Part shown: positions 30,332 to 39,757 of the stretch, one piece after another
Position numbering within the stretch: the first letter of the stretch is position 1
How the letters are laid out: each line of letters opens with the position of its first letter
DNA from: Candidatus Poribacteria bacterium
Lineage (GTDB): Bacteria; Poribacteria; WGA-4E; WGA-3G
NCBI GenBank assembly: GCA_963665235.2
Contig: CAXXLX010000002.1
Coordinates: 352,001-416,000 of the forward strand
Length of the DNA: 64,000 nt
Direction of reading: 5' to 3'
The notes under the pieces: generated by a model
Database searches by the model: none
What the model was told of the DNA's origin: nothing
What the model saw: the letters and a program-made list of their open reading frames with translations, nothing else
Program-made: the position numbers and the translations under genes

Positions 30332-32080
30332 TTAGCGCAGTGGCATTTGAAAATAACACTCATGATTGCCTATAAATACTGCATAGATGTCTGGTGCTTT
30401 TATAGTAGTACCTAATTCTCCGGTGACTGTTGCAGATTTATCCTGTTGGGAGTCTAGACCTCTGAACCGGTCCCAAGAAGGTGACTCCAATGTAAATGAA
30501 AATCCGTAGGGGTATGCGTGAACCTCATCAAAATCTTCGGTGTGGAGACCCCGTTGCTTTAGCACGGGGAGGAAACACCGCTCCTATATTGAAAGTTCAA
30601 GCGTGTGAGGACTTGAAAATCTGTGCGTTTCGCACCCGTTGTGAGGCGTTGACCTTCTAAGCTATAGATAGAAAACACCCCTTTCGCATTAATCCGTGTG
30701 ATACCGTGTTTGCCGTGCTTTATCAGCGTGTTTTTCACAAGTCCTTCGCCTAACACAGTTCCGCCATATCTTGACCGCATTCCGCCCTTTGAGGTTGTTC
30801 TCGGTGCAAGTTCCGCCTTGCTACGGGTATCGGGGATATGCAAAAAACGGCTGTATTGTCGGGTTTCAGTGCCATGGCTTTCTTTGTGTTGCCATTGACA
30901 ACCGAATGTGCCATCACCCAACTATCAACACAATGTGCATAGAAGTCATCAGAGAGTTTGTCTTGGCTCTTCTCTAATCCTAATGCCTTCCTCCGCGCAG
31001 CAGTCCACCTGCCTTTATAGCAAAACACATTTCCAACGCCAATTCCCCCAGACTTCTTGTACCCGGTTTTGGTGATTGTTGAGTCTGATACCCTAATCTC
31101 AATTTCCCGTCTCCCGCTGTCATAACTGGATCCATCATGGGCCTCAGATTTTAAAACTTCCCGGATCCACACCGACAACGACACACTCGGTTCTTTGTTG
31201 ACACAATAGACACCGTTGTTCAATAAGGCGTTGCCTCACCGCGTTTGACAAGTTTCCTGCACGCCAATGAGCGTCCATCTTTCATAAGTTTGTTGTTCTC
31301 CTTTCGGGTATATATTGCCCCATCCAGATCAGGGGTTCGTTGGGATCAGACTTGGGGAGCATCCGAAACATACTTGCCACGCCCAGAACCCCCGATATAT
31401 TACTGTAGTCCAAGTTACCCTTGTCTCTGTGATAGCCTTGGCGGGCATCAAAGACAAGCCCCCATGCTTTAGCTGGGGGTTATTGAGATTTCTGACCCTA
31501 CAGTCCATTTACCGGTGACCTTTCCCAGCCCGCGCCCAACTTCTACATCAATTCCCCCAGACTTCTTGTTGGTGAGTTGAGTCTGATACCCTAATCTCAA
31601 TTTCCCGGCTGTAGTCAACCCCATCTCCAATGAGCGGGTAACATTAGGGGTAACACTTCCACTACAAGAACTATTACCCGCAGAGGCAGAGAGATCCACT
31701 CTCACTCCAAAAACCATTTGGGCTTCCCTAGTCCTTTTGGCATTAATCTGTTCAGCATTAGCTTCGTTAGGGTCGTACACTTGCCCACCATAACCGTTAT
31801 AGAGTGGTGAGGCATAATATCTGAGTGCCCAGGAAGAAGCGGAGCCGGTACCGTTACCGCTGGAACCAGAATAGTCTGTATTGCTCCTTGGATCCACAGA
31901 ATATATAAAAGGAGGACACGGTCTCCCTGTCCAATAATCAACCTCGAACTGCGGAGGGTGATCCATATTTGTATGATCTCCTCCAAGACCATGCCCAAAT
32001 CCATTCGGTGCTTGTGCCATAAAGACGATAGTCATCACAAAAACCAATAAAGTTGCACATTGAATCAGTTTGGATTTCAT
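30332..32080 (-). pseudogene. Secreted hypothetical protein gene interrupted by an IS200/IS605-type element
   Basis: 5' part (signal peptide MKSKLIQCATLLVF...WTVGSEI) at about 31487-32080 and 3' part (EVHAYPYGFSF...MPLR*) at 30332-30529 can be rejoined in frame. Confidence 0.7.
30529..31487 (-). mobile_element. Decayed IS200/IS605 OMEGA element (IsrB/IscB RRXRR family) with an omegaRNA-like leader
   Basis: Left end TCAATAACCCCCAGCTAAAGCATGGGG; right end TTCCTCCCCGTGCTAAAGCAACGGGGTCTCC, then ATGA. Protein fragments RKLVKRGEA..VVGVDPGS (RuvC-I), LGLEK..KLS..FYAHCVDSWV (RuvC-III), RRNLH..QP.KGG.R..YGGT. No HNH seen. Confidence 0.8.
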
Positions 32081-32157
32081 TTTTATCCTCCAAATTGCCA
32101 CTCAACCGTGGCGTTCAGATGTGGCAGTTTTGTGCACACATCCTATTGTTTTTACTA

Positions 32158-32297
32158 CAGGACTTACGCAGCACGTTGCTAAAGTCCATAGATAATGGGA
32201 TTTAGAGATTGACTTAGCGGGCTGGGGGACCCAGCCCTAGAGGAGCGGGCTGTTTGCCCGAATACTGAGCTTATGTTCTAAATTTGCGTAAGTCCTG
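32158..32297. mobile_element. MITE with 13-bp CAGGACTTACGCA terminal inverted repeats
   Basis: CAGGACTTACGCA...TGCGTAAGTCCTG. Second copy at 63299-63412. Confidence 0.75.
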
Positions 32298-32588
32298 GTA
32301 ATATTAAAATCCCTTCAATTTTTCGCAAAAATCTTATATTATGATTTTTAGCACTTTTTCGTAATATGTAATTTTATATTACGATTTTTAGCACTTTTTC
32401 ATAATATGGAATAATAACGGTTTTCGGTCAGTGTGCAGCTTCCTTCCTTCCAATCTTTCACCCTTCCCTTTGACTGGACGCACCCCTAAAATTGTCCAAA
32501 GTTTAGTAACTTGTACAGAAACTTTACACACTCTCTTATCAACGCACAAAACACGGGGGTTAGACCCAAGCATAAATGCTTGGGATTG

Positions 32589-33509
32589 TTAAGGTTTATC
32601 CGTCAACAGGAAAGAATCATCAGTAAATTCCTTATTATATTTGTCCCACACTTCATCAGAAATGGGGGTTGTGGCAGCCACGAAATTTTGCTCCACCTCT
32701 ATTGCATTCTTGGAGCCTGTCAATGTTGTAGCAATTAACGGTTGACGGAGGCAAAATTGAATAGCGAGATTCAGCAGGTTCAAATTGTTATCAGTTGCCC
32801 ACTGCCAAAGTTGATGCGCTTTTTCTGCCTCAGGAGCTCTTGTTGCAATATCCGGCTCAAGTCCTGTCAGTAGTGCCATTCCCAAAGGGCTGCCGTTGAT
32901 GACACCGATGTCGTTTTCAGAAGCAAAGAGTAATAACCACTCATTTGCGGTTTGGCTAAGTAATGTGTAATCCAGATGGGTTAGGATGACATCAACTATG
33001 CCGGTTTCTATAGCAATTTTATGGAATTCATGTTCTCGGACACCGAGTCCGATAAATTTAACCAATCCTTCCTCATGCATCCGCTGTAGTTCATCCAACG
33101 CGCCACCTTTTGCCACAACCGGTTCCATGCTTGACGGGTCATGCACTAAGCAGACATCAAGGTAATCAGTGCCCAACAAGTGAAGACTATTTTCGACGCT
33201 TCGTCGCGTGCCGGACGCGCTATAATCACCTCGCCATTTTGGGTGTGTGCCTGTTTTTGTCGCAAGAAAAATCTTCTCACGCCACCCATCAGCAAGTGCT
33301 AACCCTACGCGTCTTTCGCTTTCGCCATATAGCGGTGAAGTATCGAGATAATTCATTCCCAATGTAATTGCACGGCGGACCGCTTCAATCGCTTCATCAT
33401 CGGTGACTTCACCCCTGCCGATGCCTGCACCGCCCATACTAAGGCATGTGACTTGCAATTCGGTCCGTCCCAATCTCTGTTTTGGTAACGGATTTGTTTG
33501 TGTTGACAT
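32589..33509 (-). CDS. Aldo/keto reductase
   Basis: RLGRT.L.V..L.MG, DTSPLYG.SE, TKTG, SL..LGTDYLD..LVH. Confidence 0.93.
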   Translation of the reverse strand: MSTQTNPLPKQRLGRTELQVTCLSMGGAGIGRGEVTDDEAIEAVRRAITLGMNYLDTSPLYGESERRVGLALADGWREKIFLATKTGTHPKWRGDYSASGTRRSVENSLHLLGTDYLDVCLVHDPSSMEPVVAKGGALDELQRMHEEGLVKFIGLGVREHEFHKIAIETGIVDVILTHLDYTLLSQTANEWLLLFASENDIGVINGSPLGMALLTGLEPDIATRAPEAEKAHQLWQWATDNNLNLLNLAIQFCLRQPLIATTLTGSKNAIEVEQNFVAATTPISDEVWDKYNKEFTDDSFLLTDKP

Positions 33510-33524
33510 AGTGCTCCTCATTTA

Positions 33525-34388
33525 CTATTGTTGGTCCGCAATTTCTTGAAGTCGTGTTAAAATTCGCAATGCAGCTTGACGCGATAGCTGTTCATTAAAA
33601 TCCTCCGCCGCTTTCCCCGCGTGATAGAAGTTTCCCTGATAATATCGGAGGAAAATCGTCGCACCCAACAAAACCGCATCCACATAATATCCATCTAGTG
33701 CCGTATTGACGGTAACGAAACCGAGGCCCCCGTTTAGCATAAGCGCGTTTAAGCCATCCCCCCAATCCCCCGCATAGACCTGACCTGCTCCCGGTAAAAT
33801 TGCCGAAAGGATTTTGGCAACCTTGACAGATTTCCGAGAGGAGCGGATAGCTGAATCGAAAAGCGTGTTAAGTTCAGCGTCGTCGGTGTAGTGTTGCAAG
33901 GCTTCCTGGGCTTCTTGCCATCGGAACTGGTAAAGATAGGCAACCCCTTTCAAGAACGCCGCGCGCCGCAGCAAACCTGCCGAGGGGGAACGTAGTGTCA
34001 CTTTTATCAATTCCAATTGGGCGAGCTCGTAGTTTTGACCAGCAATTAGCATAACGGCAAGTTCCAATTGATATGTCGATTTCGTTTCGCTATCTGTGGC
34101 GTGAAGCATCGCAGCACGCATCGCGACAATTGCTGCTGACCACTGCGCTTGGGCGCGGTAAGCACGGCCGATGTTATAATAGGTTTCTGCTGCACGCACA
34201 TCGTCCGGGTAAAAAAAGAGGAAACGTTTATACTCCGTGATAGCAGCATCATAGTTGCCAACCGAGAAGAGATGGTCCCCGAGGGACAATAGGGTGTTCT
34301 CCGCCTTCACAGTCAAACCGCAGCAGAGGACAAATGCTATTAACAGAAAGGAAAATGCCACATGTTTCAAATTCATAAGGGTTGCCAT
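33525..34388 (-). CDS. Exported TPR protein with a C-terminal membrane hairpin
   Basis: Signal peptide, YDAAITEYKRFLF TPRs, LSAILPGAGQVYAG motif. Confidence 0.8.
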   Translation of the reverse strand: MATLMNLKHVAFSFLLIAFVLCCGLTVKAENTLLSLGDHLFSVGNYDAAITEYKRFLFFYPDDVRAAETYYNIGRAYRAQAQWSAAIVAMRAAMLHATDSETKSTYQLELAVMLIAGQNYELAQLELIKVTLRSPSAGLLRRAAFLKGVAYLYQFRWQEAQEALQHYTDDAELNTLFDSAIRSSRKSVKVAKILSAILPGAGQVYAGDWGDGLNALMLNGGLGFVTVNTALDGYYVDAVLLGATIFLRYYQGNFYHAGKAAEDFNEQLSRQAALRILTRLQEIADQQ

Positions 34389-34705
34389 TCACAGAAATAG
34401 AATTCGAGGTCATCGACGGAGGGAGATAACGTTATCTTATCGGCTGGTACTGCTACTCGAAGGCGCAGCTTCACAATTAGCATCGCGTCACCGATGTCCA
34501 GCGTCGCTTGTGCGCGAGATACCTCAATTGGCACATCCGCTATTTCTTCAATAAGGCGAGCTGTCTCCGGATAACCGATATAGCTTTGAAAGTTTTCCGC
34601 TTCGGCAGCTTCCCGCAGCCGTGCTCGGAATTCTGATAGTGGAATCTGCCGCAGTGTATACTGCCCCTCATTGGGCATGACAGCGGCATTCAGCAAATGA
34701 ATCAT
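34373..34705 (-). CDS. DUF1874 (STIV B116 / AcrIII-1 / Crn2 / YddF-like) protein
   Basis: 110 aa. LLNAAVM...SYIGYPETARLI....SR...L..GD..LIVKL..R...LEF follows the DUF1874 pattern (S.IGH..TA, NR, KL..R). Confidence 0.75.
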   Translation of the reverse strand: MIHLLNAAVMPNEGQYTLRQIPLSEFRARLREAAEAENFQSYIGYPETARLIEEIADVPIEVSRAQATLDIGDAMLIVKLRLRVAVPADKITLSPSVDDLEFYFCEWQPL

Positions 34706-34794
34706 AGTTGCTCCAAATAGGCGCAGGGTTAAAAACTTTTCTTGTCAAATATATTTTAGTTTACCATATTTGGCGAAATTGTGCCAATTCTTTA

Positions 34795-34950
34795 TCGCGA
34801 GCGGAGCTCGCTCCTACAGAAGAGAACTTTCATAAATCGCGAGCGGAGCTCGCTCCTACAGAAGAGAACTTTCATAAATCGCGAGCGGAGCTCGCTCCTA
34901 CAGAAGAGAACTTTCATAAATCGCGAGCGGAGCTCGCTCCTACAGAAGAG
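34795..34950. repeat. Tandem 42-bp GTAG-family REP array (4 palindromes)
   Basis: TCGCGAGCGGAGCTCGCTCCTACAGAAGAG(AACTTTCATAAA) repeated. Solitary relatives at 27940, 37876, 40706 and 59129. Confidence 0.9.
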
Positions 34951-35056
34951 GACTTACCGAGTGTTCAGAATCTGAACAAGTGCATTCCACTACCGGAAAG
35001 ACAGGAGTTGCGATAGTTCTATGCTATTCGTGTGTTTTCGGCGTTTGCGATGAGAT

Positions 35057-35071
35057 TGGCACGGAATTTGC
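35057..35071 (+). promoter_or_regulatory. Putative sigma54 promoter
   Basis: TGGCACGGAATTTGC (GG-N10-GC) upstream of the gene at 35137. Confidence 0.55.
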
Positions 35072-35136
35072 CCAACAATTTATTATTGGGTGAGGATTTC
35101 CCTGTCCCTGTAAGAAGACAAAGAAGGAGATTAACC

Positions 35137-35355
35137 ATGCGTCTACTAATAGCAAGCCTCAGTGTCCTCATTTTCCTCTTCTTTGCAATGGAGGCAAGTG
35201 CCAAAATCGTTTTTGACTCGACCCGTGAGGGCGTAAACGGCATCTATGTCATGGACGATGATGGTGGCAACGTCGCACTCTTGACAGATACGTTGGAACT
35301 GGATTTACCACGTTGGTCGTCCGATGGCAAGTATATTGTGTTTTCGTGTTTTTGA
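35137..35355 (+). pseudogene. 5' fragment of a TolB-like PD40 propeller gene
   Basis: Signal peptide plus AKIVFDSTR..IYVMDDDG...PRWSSDGKYIVF, then a stop. Paralogous to the gene at 35769. Confidence 0.8.
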
Positions 35356-35768
35356 GACAAACGGATAAGTGAAATAAATAGATTGTTTTGATGAGGATAA
35401 ACGCTTTCAAAATATTAGGCAATCAAAAATCCTATATTTTTTCTTGATACTTTGGACGAAATATGGTATCATTTTATTCGTTATGATGCAATGCTGTTGA
35501 GGGCTGCATTTTTGTGCATCATTCCGAGGGAAGGTTTTATCGCTCCAACATCAACGAATACGGAACATTCGGAGGATTTCCCTGTCAATCTAAATGGACA
35601 AGGACGGGGTATCTACGAGTCCTGGGCATATACTCGAATTGAAGTCGAGGGTGAGGGAACCACGGCAACAAGCACTGAGGAGTTTCATCACGAGGATGAT
35701 TAAGTAAACCCGGTTTTCCGAGGGGTTTTCCGCTCTGGGAGACCCCTCTCTGCTAAAGGAGGACTCCA

Positions 35769-36917
35769 ATGCGGATATTAACAACCTTATGTCTCACCTT
35801 ACTCCTCACATCGATGGTGAACGCAAAAATCGTTTTTCGATCCAAACGCGATGGGAATTACGAAATCTACGTGATGGATGATGATGGCAGCAACCTCCAG
35901 AGATTAACAAATAACCCGCTCTCAGACAGTGGACCTCGCTGGTCGCCAGATGGTAAACATATTGTTTTTATGCGGCAAGTGGATATAAGAGATAACCAAC
36001 GATCTCACCTTTTCATCATGAATGCGGATGGCACAAATGAACGTCAACTCACAGAACCACATCCATTTGTTGGGGCAGATCTAGATCCTGTGTTCTCACC
36101 GGATGGGAAGTCCATCCTCTTTTATAGGCTTCGCGGTAACGAGGACGACGGTCTTTATGTGATGGACCTTGAAAGCGGTGTGGTGAAAAGGATATCCGAC
36201 AGACTTATGAACGATGCTGAGTTTACGCCTGATGGCAGACATATCACCTTTTCAAATGTTACGGTCGCTCAGAACGCAGATGCTGCGAATGTCTTCATTA
36301 TGCGTGCGGATGGCAAGGATGTGCGTCCACTCCTACCGCGGATACCTGATGGCATACATCAGACCCGCCGTTTCGCAAGTTTCTCACCGAACGGTAAGAA
36401 AATTTTGTATGCGGAATCTACATTTGAGAATGAACTCAAACAGTTGGATAATGGTGGGTGGGCGTTTTTCCCGATAGCATATCGGACCTTTATATGTGAT
36501 AGCAACGGGAACAACCCATCGAAGCTGAATATTCCGACAAATTGGTTGAAGTATTCATTGGTGTGGATGGATAACGGTAAGGCGGCACTTTTTAGTGCGG
36601 ACAAAGATTTTGATATTCAACAAGCATGGGACGATCCGGAAAGGACGTTTGATATTTATAGATACGATATTGTGAAGCGGCAAATTACACCCCTCACAAC
36701 CCATCCTGCAAGTGACCAAGCAGCGCATTGGATAAGCGACGATGTCCTATCCGTATCGCCTATAGGGAAGCAGCCCGTGCAATGGGGGGAACTCAAGACG
36801 TTTGTACCTGCATATCGTGTAGTCTCCAAAGCGGTTTCAGCAAGCATTAAGAATCTAATGGAAGTCCGGCGATTTATCAAGTGTCGCCCACTCCGGAGCT
36901 TGGCTTGTATTTTTTGA
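35769..36917 (+). CDS. Secreted TolB-like PD40 beta-propeller protein with a VSPIGK..WGELK motif
   Basis: Signal peptide, repeated P.WSPDG..I.F and IFIMNADG motifs. Confidence 0.88.
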   Translation: MRILTTLCLTLLLTSMVNAKIVFRSKRDGNYEIYVMDDDGSNLQRLTNNPLSDSGPRWSPDGKHIVFMRQVDIRDNQRSHLFIMNADGTNERQLTEPHPFVGADLDPVFSPDGKSILFYRLRGNEDDGLYVMDLESGVVKRISDRLMNDAEFTPDGRHITFSNVTVAQNADAANVFIMRADGKDVRPLLPRIPDGIHQTRRFASFSPNGKKILYAESTFENELKQLDNGGWAFFPIAYRTFICDSNGNNPSKLNIPTNWLKYSLVWMDNGKAALFSADKDFDIQQAWDDPERTFDIYRYDIVKRQITPLTTHPASDQAAHWISDDVLSVSPIGKQPVQWGELKTFVPAYRVVSKAVSASIKNLMEVRRFIKCRPLRSLACIF

Positions 36918-37156
36918 TTTTCATCAAAGCGCGCCTCCCAAGGCGCGCTTCCTCTAAAAGTTATGTTATCTGCAATTCAGTCAATTTCTGCCGACCTCCT
37001 TTCCCACTAACCTCTCAATGTTACGAAAACCTTCGGAGCATGCCTACGATTTTCACCCTCGCGAACCTTTTGTACGTTAACATGTCTAATAAGCTCGATA
37101 GCAGCTCCAAATTTTAAATCAACAAACACATTTTTTCCGTAAAAGAGAGAAATTAC

Positions 37157-37783
37157 ATGATGATAACGGACATAGGTAAGAATTCAGAAACTCTCATCAA
37201 CACACGCATGAAAGCACTCTTTGTTGCACAAGACGATAAACCTGCAACGTTAAAAAAAATCAACCTTGCACGACTAACACCGTTCCAACGGGGGCTCCTC
37301 GTCACGGATGGAACGGTTACACGGTTTATTGAAGCGTATACGTTCATGCCGGTCGCAGTCGTGCTGCTACAGCAAACGAAACGGACACTCATCACCGAAC
37401 ATGCCTGGCTTGAACTGCCAGCAGGGGAAGAGGTTATCTCACGTCAGGTAGTCCTCCAAAGTCAGCGACAAGACGAACCGTTGCCGATAATTCATACTTA
37501 TGCAGACTCGTTGATTGTGCCGAAACGTCTACCGAAATCGCTTTTGATGGGTTTGGAATCTGACAAGCAGGGGTTAGGTGGGCTTTTGCGGCGTAGCGGT
37601 CTGGAGACGCGGCGTGAACTCTTATGGTGCGGTATTGAAACCTTAACCGAGCTCCCGCCCGAAATTGGACACCTTGAAGGTGAGCCGTTTATCAGTCGTG
37701 CCTATCGGGTGTTCGCTAATCAAGAGCCGCTTATACTGATTAATGAGAAGTTCCCGTTCTTCAGTGATTGGCATGAAGCATAA
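37157..37783 (+). CDS. Chorismate pyruvate-lyase family (DUF98/UbiC-like)
   Basis: QR.LL.TDGTVT..IEA, R.V.L, YA.S, LG.LL...LETRRE, RAY, INEKFP. Confidence 0.8.
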   Translation: MMITDIGKNSETLINTRMKALFVAQDDKPATLKKINLARLTPFQRGLLVTDGTVTRFIEAYTFMPVAVVLLQQTKRTLITEHAWLELPAGEEVISRQVVLQSQRQDEPLPIIHTYADSLIVPKRLPKSLLMGLESDKQGLGGLLRRSGLETRRELLWCGIETLTELPPEIGHLEGEPFISRAYRVFANQEPLILINEKFPFFSDWHEA

Positions 37784-37807
37784 AGTCGAAAGCCATAAAA
37801 CGGCAGG

Positions 37808-37905
37808 GCCATTTAGTTTTGAGGTTTTTATAGCATTTTGAACCGAACTCGGACAAGCAGTCTGCTCTTCTCGGTCGCGTGCACAGCACGCTCCTACAGA
37901 AGAGG
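37808..37905 (-). repeat. About 98-bp REP-headed element, inverted partner of 40706-40804
   Basis: Reverse complement aligns end to end with 40706-40804 (CTCTTCTGTAGGAGCGTGCTGTGCACGCGA...GTTCAAAATGCTATAAAA...AAAACTAAAT). Confidence 0.8.
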
Positions 37906-37975
37906 GGTGGTGAACAAACAACGGAAAATATGGTGAACGAAATAGCCCCGCATAAAACGAAACGAAAGGATTTTC

Positions 37976-39082
37976 ATGTTACGCAAAATATTACTCACAC
38001 TTATTGTAATGGCAATGGCGTGCGTCGTTGCACTTACGCTTAATGTTTTTGAATCTGCAGACGTTGAAGCAGAAAAACCGGCAGAAATCGCCGAAATCTC
38101 TACCAACCCCACAATTGTCGCCTTGGCAACCGCCATGAAAAGTTTCCGCGAATCGCTAAGCGATGAACTACTGACAGAAGCCTCTTTTCCACTCGGTCAT
38201 AAGGAATCCTATTCCTGGACAAATGTTCCAGCAAGGGCAAGCGACAATCCCGGCGGCATCCATTTTGGTCGGTTATCTGAAGAACAATTGACACGTTTCT
38301 ATAAAGTTTTGGATGTGTTTTTAAGCGATGAGGGTTATACCAAAGTCTCCCTTATTACGAAAGCCGTTGGCGCAGAGCTGGGCAGCGTCGCCCCCGGCTC
38401 CTTGAAGCCGAACTACTATATCGCACTGTTTGGCAACCCGGAGACAGATGGGTCTTGGGGTTTTCAGTTAGATGGACATCATTTGGCACTTAACTTTTTG
38501 GTGCATGGCGATGAGGTCACTATCGTCCCCGCTTTTATCGGCACTTCACCTGCAAGCGTCGATGGCACCGCAGTACTTGGCAAAGAGAGAGCCAACGCTC
38601 TAACTGTGCTGAACAGTCTCAATGCAACACAAAAGGAGAAAGCAATTCAGACAGACGGCCGCCGCGGACTTAAAGTCGGCCCTGGCAGGACAACCGACCC
38701 CTATCTGAATTACGATTATTCCGATTTTGTCGGTATCGGTTTGAAGGCATCGGAGATGACCAACTCCCAAAAAGAGAATCTTCGGAAGTTGATTAAAACA
38801 TACATCTACAATCTCGAGACCAAGTTTGCAGATGTCTGGATGAAGGATATCGAGGCTGGATTTGACGACACCTATTTCGTTTGGATGGGGGGTAATACCG
38901 AAAACGATTCAATTTATTACCGCGTCTTCAATCCCGCTGTCTGGATTGAATTCAATGACGAAGGCAGAAACAATAGGGGGCCGAACCATATCCACACAAT
39001 TACCCGCTCACCGAGTGGAAAAGATTACGGCATTTTTGCACTGAATAGCGGACCGAAGACGCTTTTGGAACATTGGTTTTAG
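37976..39082 (+). CDS. DUF3500 domain protein
   Basis: WTNVP, LSDEGY, YYIALFG.P, WGFQLDGHHLALN, YYR...PAVWIEF, NHIHTI.R.P...DYG. Confidence 0.85.
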   Translation: MLRKILLTLIVMAMACVVALTLNVFESADVEAEKPAEIAEISTNPTIVALATAMKSFRESLSDELLTEASFPLGHKESYSWTNVPARASDNPGGIHFGRLSEEQLTRFYKVLDVFLSDEGYTKVSLITKAVGAELGSVAPGSLKPNYYIALFGNPETDGSWGFQLDGHHLALNFLVHGDEVTIVPAFIGTSPASVDGTAVLGKERANALTVLNSLNATQKEKAIQTDGRRGLKVGPGRTTDPYLNYDYSDFVGIGLKASEMTNSQKENLRKLIKTYIYNLETKFADVWMKDIEAGFDDTYFVWMGGNTENDSIYYRVFNPAVWIEFNDEGRNNRGPNHIHTITRSPSGKDYGIFALNSGPKTLLEHWF

Positions 39083-39122
39083 TGAGCTCCCAAAACTGAA
39101 TATCTCTGATGGAGGTGCACGC

Positions 39123-39725
39123 ATGTTTGAAAAAGTTTTAGAAGAGGTTGAGGCGCAATGCCGCGAAGAACGGATTCCGATGTTGGGCCCTGAAAAAGCG
39201 AAACTTCTCGCGAGTTGTGTTGAAAACGCAAAACCATCCCTTATCGTGGAGTGTGGAACTGCTATCGGCTACTCCGGGTTATGGATGCTACGCGTCCTGA
39301 AAACTTTAGGCACGGGACGGTTGATAACGGTAGAGATAAATCCTGATAGCGCACACCGAGCCCGCGAAAATTTTGAAAACGCAGGTGTCGCTGACCTTGT
39401 CGACTCACGTATCGGGGATGCGGCGGAAGTGCTTAAAACCATTCAAGACCCGGTCGATTTTCTATTCCTTGACAACAACAAGGACGGTTATTTTGCATGC
39501 TTCCAAGCAATTAAATCGCGGTTAACCGACCCAGCAACGCTTGTCGCTGACAACGTCGGTAGAGCAGAGCAGATGGCAGAATATCTGGAACATGTCCGTT
39601 CACACTACGACTCCGAAACCCATTGGTTTGAAAGTCGACGGCGACGAAGACGCGGCGGTGGCGAAGATGGCGATCGGGGACAGCGAAGACGCGACGGCAT
39701 GGAGGTTAGCATCTACCGCCGTTGA
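39123..39725 (+). CDS. Class I SAM-dependent O-methyltransferase
   Basis: VECGTAIGYSGLW, GDA, FLD, VADN, DG. Confidence 0.9.
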   Translation: MFEKVLEEVEAQCREERIPMLGPEKAKLLASCVENAKPSLIVECGTAIGYSGLWMLRVLKTLGTGRLITVEINPDSAHRARENFENAGVADLVDSRIGDAAEVLKTIQDPVDFLFLDNNKDGYFACFQAIKSRLTDPATLVADNVGRAEQMAEYLEHVRSHYDSETHWFESRRRRRRGGGEDGDRGQRRRDGMEVSIYRR

Positions 39726-39757
39726 GCTGAAACCTGTTCTGCTTTTTGGAACTTAGG

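Noticed and set aside
31040-31607. Diversity-generating retroelement TR/VR pair
   Set aside because: The differences are indels rather than adenine-specific substitutions, and there is no reverse transcriptase in the window.
34773-34788. sigma54 promoter for the DUF1874 gene (TGGCACAATTTCGC)
   Set aside because: GG-to-GC spacing is 9 rather than 10, and the TTGC is missing.
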